A stretch of DNA of 64,000 nucleotides from an uncultured virus (IMG/VR IMGVR_UViG_3300026250_000242) (taxonomy: Duplodnaviria; Heunggongvirae; Uroviricota; Caudoviricetes), in IMG/VR virus record IMGVR_UViG_3300026250_000242. One strand, given 5' to 3'. A program made the translations under genes and the position numbers. Below the pieces are notes generated by a model. That model saw nothing but the letters and a program-made list of their open reading frames with translations. It did not search any database and was not told the DNA's origin. Positions within the stretch are counted from its first letter, which is position 1. Every line of letters begins with the position of its first letter. Positions 26,644-36,629 of the stretch are shown here, one piece after another.

Positions 26644-26676
26644 CCGACAGTTTCCCAATCCCTCCGGTAAGTAACC
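26644..26676 (+). promoter_or_regulatory. Phage bipartite motif copy before the portal gene
   Basis: CCGACAGTTT-CCCAATCCCT-CCGGTAAGTAACC. Confidence 0.75.
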
Positions 26677-26748
26677 ACTAAGGCCCCGCGCTTTCGCCCG
26701 ACAGGCGGCGTGTGCGGGGCAACGTCGGCCTTTACCGGAGGAGCCCGC

Positions 26749-28260
26749 ATGGAAGCCCGTAATGAACCGAACGAGGGCGCACAGCCCCTTTCCGCGCAGA
26801 ACGCCACCGAGACGCCATTGGCCACGGTGGCGGCGCTCGATGCTGCCACCTTCGGCGCGCTGCATCCCGGCGAGGCAATCCCGGCGGCCTGGGAAGACCG
26901 GGCGCGCCGGGCCTGGGAGTATTACCTCGAAGAGCCGCTGGTCAAGAACTGCATCAACTCCTGGCGGACCTTCGCCGTGGGCGACGAGATCAAGATCGCC
27001 GCCGAGGACGAAGACCTCAAGTGGGCGGCCATCGAAGCATGCGACCGGCTCAAGGTTTCGCAGTTCGTTAAGGACATGATCCTGCAACTGCTCGTCAAGG
27101 GTGACGCCGTCGGCTTCAAGCGATACGCCAAGGACGGCAAGGAGATCGAGGAGGCCGTCTGCGTCAACCCGGTCTCGGTAAAGGTCAAGTACGCCGAGGG
27201 CGAGCTGATCGAGGCCCAACAGGTTCCCGAGAACACGCCGGGCGCGGAGGCCATCGACCTGCCGGTCGAGCAGGTCATTCACCTGAAATGGGACGCCCCG
27301 GCTTTCTCGCCACGCGGCAACTCGCTCGTCCTGCCCGCCTTCCAATCCATCGAACTCCTGCGCGACTACCGCCGCGCCGAACGGGCCATCGCCAAGCGCT
27401 GGGCAACGCCCTTCCGGCTCATCAAGGTGGGCGGTGCGTTTGGGCAGAAGATGGTCATGCCCGACCAGAAGATGCTCGAACAGGTTCGCGACATGGTCAA
27501 CAAGATGGACATGAAGAGCGGTCTGGTCGCGCCGTTCTACGTGACGGTGGAGACGCACGGGGCCGAAGGGCACGCGCTCAACGTCGAGGACAAGGTCAAG
27601 GAGGTGAAGGAAGACATTGTCGTGGCCCTGGGGCTTTCGCGTTCGCTCGTGGCCGGCGACGGGCCGAACTTCGCCACCGCCTCGGTCAGCATGCAGAAGA
27701 TGATGGTCATGATCCGCGAGATCAAGCAGGCCGCCCGGCGGCTGCTCGATTGGATTTTCGACGACTGGATGGCGCTGCACGGCCACGAGGACAAGAGCCT
27801 TCAGTTCCTCTTCAACGACCTGGACCCCAGCGACGCCGTCGATTTCAAGAAACTGCTCATCGAACTCTACGACCGCAAACTCATCAGCCGCTCCAGCCTG
27901 CAAATCAAGATGGACCTCGATCCGGACATCGAGGCGTCGAACCGCGAAAGCGAAAGCCGCCGCGTGGACTTGATGGACGAGAAACAGGTCAAGCCGGTGA
28001 CGGATATGGTGATCGCGGGCATCCTGAGCGTGCCGCAGGCCCGCAAGATGCTGGGCATTCCCGACGACGACTCCGACCTCCCGGCGGCGGAGGGCACACT
28101 CGGGTTGCCCGGCGGAATGACGGCGTCCGCCGTGGCCGGGGCGATCTGCGACGAGTGTTCGCACTTCAATGCGTCGGACAACCGCTGCCGGGTACATAAC
28201 GCCGACCGGGTCTTCGACGCGCCCGCCTGCCGCTTCCTGGATCGCCGGGAGGCGGGGTGA
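26749..28260 (+). CDS. Portal protein
   Basis: Position after TerL, about 500 aa, QVIHLK....SPRGNS, GPNFATA; SD GGAGGAG. Confidence 0.8.
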   Translation: MEARNEPNEGAQPLSAQNATETPLATVAALDAATFGALHPGEAIPAAWEDRARRAWEYYLEEPLVKNCINSWRTFAVGDEIKIAAEDEDLKWAAIEACDRLKVSQFVKDMILQLLVKGDAVGFKRYAKDGKEIEEAVCVNPVSVKVKYAEGELIEAQQVPENTPGAEAIDLPVEQVIHLKWDAPAFSPRGNSLVLPAFQSIELLRDYRRAERAIAKRWATPFRLIKVGGAFGQKMVMPDQKMLEQVRDMVNKMDMKSGLVAPFYVTVETHGAEGHALNVEDKVKEVKEDIVVALGLSRSLVAGDGPNFATASVSMQKMMVMIREIKQAARRLLDWIFDDWMALHGHEDKSLQFLFNDLDPSDAVDFKKLLIELYDRKLISRSSLQIKMDLDPDIEASNRESESRRVDLMDEKQVKPVTDMVIAGILSVPQARKMLGIPDDDSDLPAAEGTLGLPGGMTASAVAGAICDECSHFNASDNRCRVHNADRVFDAPACRFLDRREAG

Positions 28261-31200
28261 TGCCTTCCGACCTGAAGGCGCGCATTCAGGCGGCGACGCT
28301 CAAGAGCCTGAAGGCGCGCGACCGCTACACCGACCAGATGACCGCCAGCCTCACCCAGGCCCTAAAGCAGGCCGAGGGCGAGGTGAAAGCGAGTATCCGG
28401 CGCTACGGTGATCCGGCGTCGCTGCCGGAGAACAAACTGGCGGGACTCAGGGGGCTGGAGAAACTCCAAGTTGAGATCGACGAGGCGATGAAGCGTCTCA
28501 AGCGCGAGCAGACGCTGGCCTTTCGCCGGAGCACGAAAGAATCCTTCCTGAACGGCGTCGCGGGAGGGATCGGCGAACTCGCCGACGCCGCGCTGCCCTT
28601 CTACGCCGACCTCACGCCGGGCGGCATCGACAAACTGGCCACCAAGGTCTTTCAGATCGTCGATACCGATGCGCTCGATTTCCTCACGCAATACAACCTG
28701 ACACTGGCCGGCGACGTGAATCGCGAGCTGGCAGACGGCATCAAGCGCGCGCTGCTCTCGGGCATCGCCACGGGCAAGGGCGCGGGCGATATCGTACGAG
28801 ACCTGGGCGAGGTCATTGTCGACAAGGACTCCTTCCGGCAGGCGGGCACGAAGGTCTTCAGCAAGGCGCAGTACCGCATGGAAATGATCGCGAGGACGGA
28901 GGTCTTGCGCGCTCACAACATGGGGCGGCTCAAGTTCCACGAGCGCGTCGGAGTGCAGCGGCTCGAATGGCTGGCGATGGACGACGAACGGATGTGCCCC
29001 GTCTGCGGCGGCCTGGACGGCAAGACCTTTCCCATCGACAGGTTCCCCCAGCAACCAGCGCACCCCCATTGCCGCTGCACGAACATCGTTGCCAAGCCGC
29101 TCGTCATCTGCGGCAGCGGGGCAATGTCCGCACAGGCCGCCGAGGCGACCGAGCCGGGGGACGCCTGCATCCTCCCGCCGCATGTGCTCGAAAGCATGGC
29201 CGATGCCGAGGCGATGGAGGCCACCGCGCTCAAGGCGGCTTTCGAGAAGGGCACGCCCGCCGACCTGGAACAGCTGACTGCCGCGCAATTGAAGACGCTG
29301 GCCAAGCAGAACGGCGTCTCGGTGGCGCGCACCAAGGCCGAGCACCTTGCCCTGCTCGACCAGGCGGAACCCGGCATCGACCACACCGGGCTATCCGGCG
29401 CGGCGCTTCAGGCCAAGCTCAAGCAGCACAAGATCGGCGCGCTACGCAGCAAACAGGAACTCATCGATCTTCTGGCGCAGAAGCAGGCGGCGCTTCAGCA
29501 GGCGAAGATTGCCGCCCAGCAGATGGCCGAAGCGGCGCCGTTGCCCGATCTGGAGGCCATGCCGGTTTCGCAACTCAAAGAGATGGCCAAGTCCGAGGGC
29601 ATCTCGCTCAACATGACCAAGCAGGACACCATCGAGCTGCTGGACAAGATCGAGCCGGGCGTCGACCACACCGGCCTGAGCGGCAAGGACCTCATCGCGG
29701 CCAAGAAGAAGCATGGCATTGGCGTGCTGAAAAACAAGCAGCAGCTCGCCGAGGCGCTTCAGAAAAAGGCGGGCCAACAGATGGCCCAAGAGGCGAAGGC
29801 CAAGGAAAACAAGGAGGCCATCGAAAAGAAGAAGGCGAAGATCAAGGACAGCGTACTTGGCGTGCAGGTTCCGCAGAAGCCCGACGATTATGCCACCTAT
29901 CTTCAATCGCTGAAGCAGGCGGAGCAGGCTTTTCAGGCGGCCTCGGATGTGCCGCCCGCGGAGATTGCGCACCTGGCGGAGAACCTCGCCATCAAAAAGC
30001 AGGTCGTGCAGAGCCAACTTCAGGAAATGAAGTCGGTCGATCTGAAGAAGATGGCCAAGAAGGCCAAGGTCTCGCACTGGCAGTGGGGATCGAAGGAAGA
30101 CTTCGTCGCGCTGTTCAGCGAGACGGACGAGGCCAAGATCGCCGCGATCCAGGCCAAACTCGACGCGGGCTACAAGGCGCACCAGGAAAAATACAAGAAG
30201 GGCGGAAAGCCGAAGACCGCGACTCCGGCGAAACCCGCAAAGCCCGAGCCGCAGCCACAAGCCCCGCCGGAAGATGTGAAACCCGCCAAGAAGGGCGTGG
30301 TGTTCGAAGACGTGGATACGGCCTGGCAGGCGAAGGGACAACCCGGCAAGTTCAAACCGGCTGGCAAGGCGCAGGTGGGCGGCGCGCATGAGAAGGAATT
30401 CTGGACCGATGAGAACGGCGAGAAGTGGCTCTTCAAGCCGATCGGCAAGAAGGCCGACGAGTTCATCGCCCACGGCGAGGAGGCCGCCTACCGGATCGGA
30501 CGCCTGATCGATCCGGACGCCATTGAGGTTCGCACCATCCGCCTGAATGGCCGGACCGGCTCGATCCAGAAATGGCGCACCGACCTGAAGGACGACTTCG
30601 ATTTCCGGAACACCCTTCCCGAGAATCTGACCACACTGGAGATGGAACAGGTCCAGCGCGAGCACGTCATCGACTGGCTGGTCGCCAACCACGACGGGCA
30701 TTCGAAGCAGTTCATCCGGGCGAAGGGCGGCCACGTCTACGGCATCGACAAGGGGCAGGCGTTCAAGTTCCTGGGGCAGGACCGGCTCGCGCTCGATTAC
30801 CACCCCAATCAGGTCCACGGCGAACAGGAACCTTACTACAACACGGTTTTCCGGGCGGCCAAGGAGGGCCGAGTCCGGTTCGATCCCTCGGCGACGCTGC
30901 GGGCCATCGAAGAGGTCGAGAAGATCTCCGACGATGATTACCTTGCGATCCTGCGCCCCTATGCCGAGGGACGCTTCGGCGGCGACACGACCAAGGTCCG
31001 GCACTTCTACGATCAGGCTCTGGAGCGCAAACACAACCTGCGCCGCGACTTCGAGTCCTACTACCGGGACATTCTGAACGATCCGCAATTCGGGTTCGCA
31101 AAGGCTGTCCAAGCGGGCAAGGCCAAACGCTTCGGTCCCACTGAGGAGGCGCTCGTCCGCGAAGCCGAGGCGCTGGGCTGGCAGGGGAAAACGCTGCCGG

Positions 31201-32798
31201 TCGATATGGATGACATCGAGGATCAGAACGCGCTCGTATTCACCGAAACGCTGCAGGGGAAGAAACGCACGGTCGTAAAGATGAAACTCCGCCCGGATGC
31301 GGACGGCAAACTGCTGGCGGGCCTGCGCAAGGGGGACCTGACCGGCGTGCCTCAGCGTATCGGCAAGCCTTTGGAGGAGGACAACTACTATGACGACATC
31401 CTCTCGGCGGTGAAGACGGTCAACCACCACCAGCAGGACGGGCAGTACAACGCCTCGACCATCGAGAAGGCCGTCAGACATCGCCGGACGCTCAAGGAAC
31501 TGGCCGCGCACGACGACCCCGAGGTGCGGGATATGGCCAAGGGGTATCTGGGCTGGCTGGACGAGATCGAGAAGGCCCGCGAAGCGCAGCGGCGCACCGA
31601 GGGCGACCTCGCTCAGTATCTGCGCAAGAAGAAAACCGAACGCAAGAAATCCGAGGCGGCCTTCACCGTCCACAAGGGGGGCGTGGAGAACACGCTGCGC
31701 TCGCTCAACAAAGGCGAGGTCCTCGTTCAGGACGACGCGGCGCCCAACAGCCAGCTCTTTCATGGCCGCCGGATGAAGAAGGGCGAGCAGTACACCGCCA
31801 CCTTCCCAGACGGCACGCGGGTGCGCTACCGCCCGTGGTCGGACCAGAACCACTACGCCCAGCGGGGTGAACTGGAGGTGATGATTCCCAAAGGGGCCTC
31901 GCCCGACGATGTGGCGGGGATCATGGAGAAACTGGACAGCCTGGGAATCGACGCCTCGACGGCGCTGCCCGAGCATGCCGAGTGGATGTACCTGCGCAAA
32001 ATGGCCTACGTCTCCAAGACGGACGCGCGAGACGACTACCGCAAGGTGCTGAAAAGCCTGGAGGATCGCGACGCCTCGGTGACCGAGCGGGTGCAGACGT
32101 TGCGCGACTACTGGCAGGGACGTCTCGGTGTGCGAGACCTGACACGCCTCCCCGGCTACAACCCACAGGGCGAATACCAGCACGGCTTTCTCAACCGAAA
32201 ACTGAACGGCGGGTACCGGCATCAATACCGGTTCGATCTGTCGGACGAGGACTTGGAGCGGGAGATGAAGGGGCACGCGCTCTTCCACAACCTCACCGAC
32301 GGCGCGCGGATGGACTCGTTCATCGACACGGTGCTGGAGAATAACGGTGCGATGGTCAGCACCATCGAGAAGATGCGCATCGGCGTGCCGACCGGCGGCA
32401 TGTCGCCCGAGGCGGACATGGACACCGGCGGCGCCAGCTACTTCTTCACGCGCATCAAGAAACTGCCCGCCCGCGGCAAGCCGACTTCCAAGGGCCTCTA
32501 TTTCAAGAAGCGCCTGCTCCGGCGCATGGACGCCGTCAGTTACGACCATGACGCCTTTGGACGGGTAACAGACGATTACGTGCGCAACCGGCGCGGCAGC
32601 GCGCCCGCCGACTGGAAGCAATTCGCGGGGCGGTCGGGCAACGAAACGATCTTCAAATACTCCGTCACGCTGCTGGACAACATCGAAACCATCGTGACCG
32701 GCAGCCAGGCGGAGCGCGAACGGGTCTTGAAGAGTTTCACGAGCCGAGGCATCACGGTGCTGCCAGACGGGCGGAAGATCGAGGAGGTGGTTCTGTGA
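28260..32798 (+). CDS. MuF (SPP1 gp7-like) minor head protein with large C-terminal extension including a kinase-like domain
   Basis: IARTEV.RAHN.G, W....DERMCPVC..LDG, PAHPHCRC; later LFKP, DWLVANHDGH, GIDKG. Confidence 0.88.
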   Translation: MPSDLKARIQAATLKSLKARDRYTDQMTASLTQALKQAEGEVKASIRRYGDPASLPENKLAGLRGLEKLQVEIDEAMKRLKREQTLAFRRSTKESFLNGVAGGIGELADAALPFYADLTPGGIDKLATKVFQIVDTDALDFLTQYNLTLAGDVNRELADGIKRALLSGIATGKGAGDIVRDLGEVIVDKDSFRQAGTKVFSKAQYRMEMIARTEVLRAHNMGRLKFHERVGVQRLEWLAMDDERMCPVCGGLDGKTFPIDRFPQQPAHPHCRCTNIVAKPLVICGSGAMSAQAAEATEPGDACILPPHVLESMADAEAMEATALKAAFEKGTPADLEQLTAAQLKTLAKQNGVSVARTKAEHLALLDQAEPGIDHTGLSGAALQAKLKQHKIGALRSKQELIDLLAQKQAALQQAKIAAQQMAEAAPLPDLEAMPVSQLKEMAKSEGISLNMTKQDTIELLDKIEPGVDHTGLSGKDLIAAKKKHGIGVLKNKQQLAEALQKKAGQQMAQEAKAKENKEAIEKKKAKIKDSVLGVQVPQKPDDYATYLQSLKQAEQAFQAASDVPPAEIAHLAENLAIKKQVVQSQLQEMKSVDLKKMAKKAKVSHWQWGSKEDFVALFSETDEAKIAAIQAKLDAGYKAHQEKYKKGGKPKTATPAKPAKPEPQPQAPPEDVKPAKKGVVFEDVDTAWQAKGQPGKFKPAGKAQVGGAHEKEFWTDENGEKWLFKPIGKKADEFIAHGEEAAYRIGRLIDPDAIEVRTIRLNGRTGSIQKWRTDLKDDFDFRNTLPENLTTLEMEQVQREHVIDWLVANHDGHSKQFIRAKGGHVYGIDKGQAFKFLGQDRLALDYHPNQVHGEQEPYYNTVFRAAKEGRVRFDPSATLRAIEEVEKISDDDYLAILRPYAEGRFGGDTTKVRHFYDQALERKHNLRRDFESYYRDILNDPQFGFAKAVQAGKAKRFGPTEEALVREAEALGWQGKTLPVDMDDIEDQNALVFTETLQGKKRTVVKMKLRPDADGKLLAGLRKGDLTGVPQRIGKPLEEDNYYDDILSAVKTVNHHQQDGQYNASTIEKAVRHRRTLKELAAHDDPEVRDMAKGYLGWLDEIEKAREAQRRTEGDLAQYLRKKKTERKKSEAAFTVHKGGVENTLRSLNKGEVLVQDDAAPNSQLFHGRRMKKGEQYTATFPDGTRVRYRPWSDQNHYAQRGELEVMIPKGASPDDVAGIMEKLDSLGIDASTALPEHAEWMYLRKMAYVSKTDARDDYRKVLKSLEDRDASVTERVQTLRDYWQGRLGVRDLTRLPGYNPQGEYQHGFLNRKLNGGYRHQYRFDLSDEDLEREMKGHALFHNLTDGARMDSFIDTVLENNGAMVSTIEKMRIGVPTGGMSPEADMDTGGASYFFTRIKKLPARGKPTSKGLYFKKRLLRRMDAVSYDHDAFGRVTDDYVRNRRGSAPADWKQFAGRSGNETIFKYSVTLLDNIETIVTGSQAERERVLKSFTSRGITVLPDGRKIEEVVL

Positions 32799-33280
32799 AG
32801 GAATTCATCGAACAGGAAAAACAACGATTGGAGGGCCTGCTGCGGCTTTTCAACGAGCGCGGCAGCCGGATGGAAGTCTACGGCGAAGATGGCAAGCGTA
32901 TCCTCGGAGATCTGGTTGACTCCTTCACGGTGACGCGCCTGGCTCCGCATTTCGACGCGCAGGGCAATCACACCGGCTCGGACTTCTGGCTGCTCTGGAA
33001 GTCGGTCGGTTACGACAACGGATGGCAATACGCGCACACGGTCAAGATCGTGAAGGCCCGGGTGTGGGACACGCTCGATAACTGCTGGCTCATCGTGGAC
33101 CTGACGGACGACCAGGGGCGGCGGTTTCACGTCGAACTGATCGAACCGGTGATCGAGAAGGATTACGCCTCGGACTGGAAGCGCTGGGGGGCCTACAAGA
33201 CTTTGAACGCCGATATGTTCGCGCGGATCGACGCGCAGCTGCTTGAAGAGCACCTGCGGATCGCGGAGGAATGGCAATGA
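32795..33280 (+). CDS. Hypothetical protein (candidate immunity partner)
   Basis: GTG start overlapping the MuF stop; SD GAGGAGG. Confidence 0.7.
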   Translation: MKEFIEQEKQRLEGLLRLFNERGSRMEVYGEDGKRILGDLVDSFTVTRLAPHFDAQGNHTGSDFWLLWKSVGYDNGWQYAHTVKIVKARVWDTLDNCWLIVDLTDDQGRRFHVELIEPVIEKDYASDWKRWGAYKTLNADMFARIDAQLLEEHLRIAEEWQ

Positions 33281-33630
33281 AACTGCGCTATATGATCGAC
33301 ATGATCCTTCGCGAGGACAAGGACGGCCAACCCCTCTACGAGCCAGTCGGCGTCTGGGTCCAGGGTCCCGGACCGGGCCTCGACATCGAGATGTTCTACC
33401 TGGACAGCCGCGATCCGAAGGTACTGGCACGAAAGGAAGAAGCCGACTGGGTCATAAACCGGCTGGTGGAAAACGACGCCACCAGTCTGGCCGACGATTT
33501 CCTCGATTACCACCGCCAGTCCCGCTCGGCCTACGACGGCGCCTTCACCGAACCCGCCGAAACGGAGCGTTTCGCCAGCCTCGAAGCCTGCGGCCTGGCG
33601 ATCCTCAACACCCTTCCCAGGAAAAAGTGA
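33277..33630 (+). CDS. Hypothetical protein (candidate immunity partner)
   Basis: ATGA-coupled acidic small ORF. Confidence 0.7.
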   Translation: MKLRYMIDMILREDKDGQPLYEPVGVWVQGPGPGLDIEMFYLDSRDPKVLARKEEADWVINRLVENDATSLADDFLDYHRQSRSAYDGAFTEPAETERFASLEACGLAILNTLPRKK

Positions 33631-33638
33631 TCCACGAT

Positions 33639-33671
33639 CCGACAGTTTGCGGATTCTTCCGGTAAGTAACC
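33639..33671 (+). promoter_or_regulatory. Phage bipartite motif copy before the head/tail operon
   Basis: CCGACAGTTT-GCGGATTCTT-CCGGTAAGTAACC. Confidence 0.75.
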
Positions 33672-33734
33672 ACTGAAGGACGCGCCCACGCCATTGTGGC
33701 GCGGGCCGTCCGGTTACCGACGCGGGAGAATCGC

Positions 33735-36224
33735 ATGGAAGTGTTCGCCACCGATCTGGAGCGCCTCGAGTTTCTGCTGGAAGCGGAGGCCGAGTTTCAT
33801 CTGGCCGCCGAGGCGATGTCGGCCACGGGCGAATCCGAAGAGGAATCGCCCGCCGCGGACGCCGCCCCGAGGAAAGAAGCGAAACCCGAGTCCGGGAAGT
33901 CTGAGGTCGGAGAAGAGAAAGCCGACGATGACTCCCAGGAACAAGGCGAACTCCCGCCCGAGAAGCGCCCGAAGTACATCACCAACTACATCGGCTCGAA
34001 GCAGAAACTGGTCGATTGGATCTGGCGCAACACGCCGCAGGACGTGAAGTCGGCGCTGGACGCCTTCTCCGGTTCGGCGGTCGTGGCCTACATGTTCAAA
34101 AGCAAGGGGCTGCGTGTCGTCGCCAACGATCGGCTGCATTACTGCTTTCACGCCGCGCGGGCGATCATCGAGAACGGCAAGGAGCGGCTCAGCGCCGAGG
34201 ACATCGACAAACTGCTGGCCGAGAACGGACGGGCGGGAAGCTTTGTCCGGGACCATTTCAAGGGGCTGTTCTTCGCCAGCGGCGTGCATGGCCTGATCGA
34301 CCAGATCCGGGCCAATTGCGACAAGTTCTCGGGCTACAAGAAGGACATCGCGCTGTTCGCGCTGGGCAAGACCTGCATGAGCGCGCACGGGGGCTTCGGC
34401 CATTTTTCGGCATCCTCCAAACACGGGCGTCAAGACAGCCCGGAGGAGTTCAAGGAGCGACTGCGCAAGAACATCGAACGGATCAACGCGCTGGTCTTCG
34501 ACAATGGCCAGGACTGCAAGGCGCACCGCGAGGAAACCCATGAACTGCTGCCCAGGGTGCAGGCCGATCTCGTCTATTTCGATCCGCCCTACGCCACCGA
34601 GTTTTCTACGACCAACTACGAGAAGTCCTACCACTTCGTCGAAGGACTGATGATCTACTGGAAGGGCCTCAAGATCAAGACCGACACGCAGGTGAAGTCC
34701 TACGAAACCACCCACGAGACGGTGACCAAGGCCAACGCCGAGGCGTTTTTCCAACGCTTCCTTTCAGCCGCGAAACATATCGGCCACTGGCTGATCTCGT
34801 ACCGCGACCACGCCTATCCGAACGAAGAGCAGATGAAGAAGATCATCGGCTCTTTGGGGCGTGAGAGCCGGATGAAGACCAAGGACCACCACTATTCGAT
34901 CACGGCGCGCCACGGCGAGGCGTCCAACGCCAAGGAGCGGCTGTTCGTGTGCAAACGCACGGCGGGCGCCAAAGCCGCAGAGCATCCGGCGCCGCTGCAA
35001 GCCGCCGCGAACTTTCACACGACGATCCCCGTCGAGATCAGCCTTCCCGAGCAGGACGCTCTCAGCGCCGACGCGATGCAGGCCGGACCAGACGGCGATC
35101 CGCAGTTCTCGTTCATCCTGTGCCGGACGGGCACGAACCGCAACGGCGACCATTTTCTCGCCGAGGAACTAGCCGCGCGCCACGCCACGGCGATCAACCG
35201 CAAGATCGACCTCCAGCACTCGCAGGACTTTTCGGACATCGTCGGCGGCATTGTCGCCTCCGATTACCTGGAAGACGAGACCGGCGGGCGCGTCGAATGC
35301 GTCGGCGAACTCTACGTCCGCGAAAGCGAACAGGCCCGCCTGGCGCACAAGCTGATGCGCAAGGGAATCATCAGCCAGGTCTCGATGGAGTGCGACTACG
35401 AGGAGGGCGAGTGCTCGATCTGCGGCAAGCGGGTGAAGAGCAAGAATGAATACTGTCCGCATCTGCGCAAGCAGAAGGGGGGCGAATCGGGCGGCAAACC
35501 CGTCTACGAAATCCTGCACGGCGTCACGTTCACGGGGCTGGGCCTGCTCGACCGCAAGGGCGCGGACGAGAACGCCCGCATCATCCAGGTGGCGTCGGCG
35601 AACGAGGAATCAATCACCAACCAACCGGAAGGAGGTCCAGCGATGGACGACAAGAAGAAGCCCGATGAGCAACCCGCCGAGGGGGCGAAGAAGCCCGGCA
35701 ATCCCGGCGCGGACCGGGGCGGCGGAGGCTCGGGCGATCCGGGCAAGCGCATCGCCGAACTGGAACAGGAGAACAAGGAACTGAAGGCCAAGGTCGCTGA
35801 ACTGCAAAAGCGCGTGCAGGAACTGGAAAGCGAACAGCAGGCCGCCGCGAACAAGGCGCGCGCGAGCAAGCTGATCGCCCGGCTCGAAAAGCAGGGCGTC
35901 GACTTCGGCGGCGACGAGGAGCGCGACAAGGAGTTCCAGCGGCTGGCCGGACTCTCGGACGACGCCTTCACGGCCACCGAAGCGGCCTACGAACGCATGG
36001 CCAAGCAGGCCAAAGCGGACGCCAAGCCCGAGGACAAGCCCACGGAGAAGCCCGAGCCGAAGAAAGAATCGGCCAAGGCTTCCGAGGAACCCATGCGCAG
36101 CGACGCCGGGGTGCGACCCCGCGACGTGGACGACCGCAAAGCGACGCTGGAAGACCAGCTGCGCGACGGCTTCATGGCCGCATACGAGAGCCGCGTCGGC
36201 GAACCCGCCATCGCGGGTGAATAA
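33735..36224 (+). CDS. Fusion: Dam-like N6-adenine methyltransferase + prohead protease + scaffold
   Basis: NYIGSKQKL, DAFSGSAVV, YFDPPY; then TNRNGD, DLQH, VSMEC, CSICG, FTGLGLL..KGAD; then C-terminal coiled coil; directly upstream of capsid genes. Confidence 0.85.
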   Translation: MEVFATDLERLEFLLEAEAEFHLAAEAMSATGESEEESPAADAAPRKEAKPESGKSEVGEEKADDDSQEQGELPPEKRPKYITNYIGSKQKLVDWIWRNTPQDVKSALDAFSGSAVVAYMFKSKGLRVVANDRLHYCFHAARAIIENGKERLSAEDIDKLLAENGRAGSFVRDHFKGLFFASGVHGLIDQIRANCDKFSGYKKDIALFALGKTCMSAHGGFGHFSASSKHGRQDSPEEFKERLRKNIERINALVFDNGQDCKAHREETHELLPRVQADLVYFDPPYATEFSTTNYEKSYHFVEGLMIYWKGLKIKTDTQVKSYETTHETVTKANAEAFFQRFLSAAKHIGHWLISYRDHAYPNEEQMKKIIGSLGRESRMKTKDHHYSITARHGEASNAKERLFVCKRTAGAKAAEHPAPLQAAANFHTTIPVEISLPEQDALSADAMQAGPDGDPQFSFILCRTGTNRNGDHFLAEELAARHATAINRKIDLQHSQDFSDIVGGIVASDYLEDETGGRVECVGELYVRESEQARLAHKLMRKGIISQVSMECDYEEGECSICGKRVKSKNEYCPHLRKQKGGESGGKPVYEILHGVTFTGLGLLDRKGADENARIIQVASANEESITNQPEGGPAMDDKKKPDEQPAEGAKKPGNPGADRGGGGSGDPGKRIAELEQENKELKAKVAELQKRVQELESEQQAAANKARASKLIARLEKQGVDFGGDEERDKEFQRLAGLSDDAFTATEAAYERMAKQAKADAKPEDKPTEKPEPKKESAKASEEPMRSDAGVRPRDVDDRKATLEDQLRDGFMAAYESRVGEPAIAGE

Positions 36225-36242
36225 TCGAAAGGAGCAAGCATC

Positions 36243-36608
36243 ATGGCGTTTATCAATCCATGCCACCGGGGCCTCGCCTACGGTGACGGCTACATGCAGA
36301 GCGACGGGGCGAAGGGCCAGGTGGTCAAGATCGCGGGCAGCGACCTGTTTGCCGTCAACGACGACCCGACCGTCCCGTCCTTCGGCGTCCTCATCAAGGA
36401 CTACAAGGCGGGCGACATGCCCGGCATCTATTGCGACGGCGGCGTCTACGAAACCGACGTTTTCGAGGGGACGATCAATCCCGGCGACGATCTCAAGGTC
36501 TCGGCGGGCGGCAAGCTGACCGCCGGAACCATCGGCGCGGGCGAACACGTCATCGCGCGCGCCATCTCGGTCGGAGGCGGAGTGCTCAAATTCCGCCTGC
36601 TGGTCTAA
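36243..36608 (+). CDS. Putative capsid decoration/cement protein
   Basis: Small Gly-rich beta-type protein between scaffold and major capsid genes. Confidence 0.65.
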   Translation: MAFINPCHRGLAYGDGYMQSDGAKGQVVKIAGSDLFAVNDDPTVPSFGVLIKDYKAGDMPGIYCDGGVYETDVFEGTINPGDDLKVSAGGKLTAGTIGAGEHVIARAISVGGGVLKFRLLV

Positions 36609-36629
36609 GCGAAGGAGACACCAGAACCC

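Noticed and set aside
29442..32621. 1059-aa minus-strand ORF
   Set aside because: Antisense shadow of the MuF gene, as expected from high-GC codon bias; no motifs
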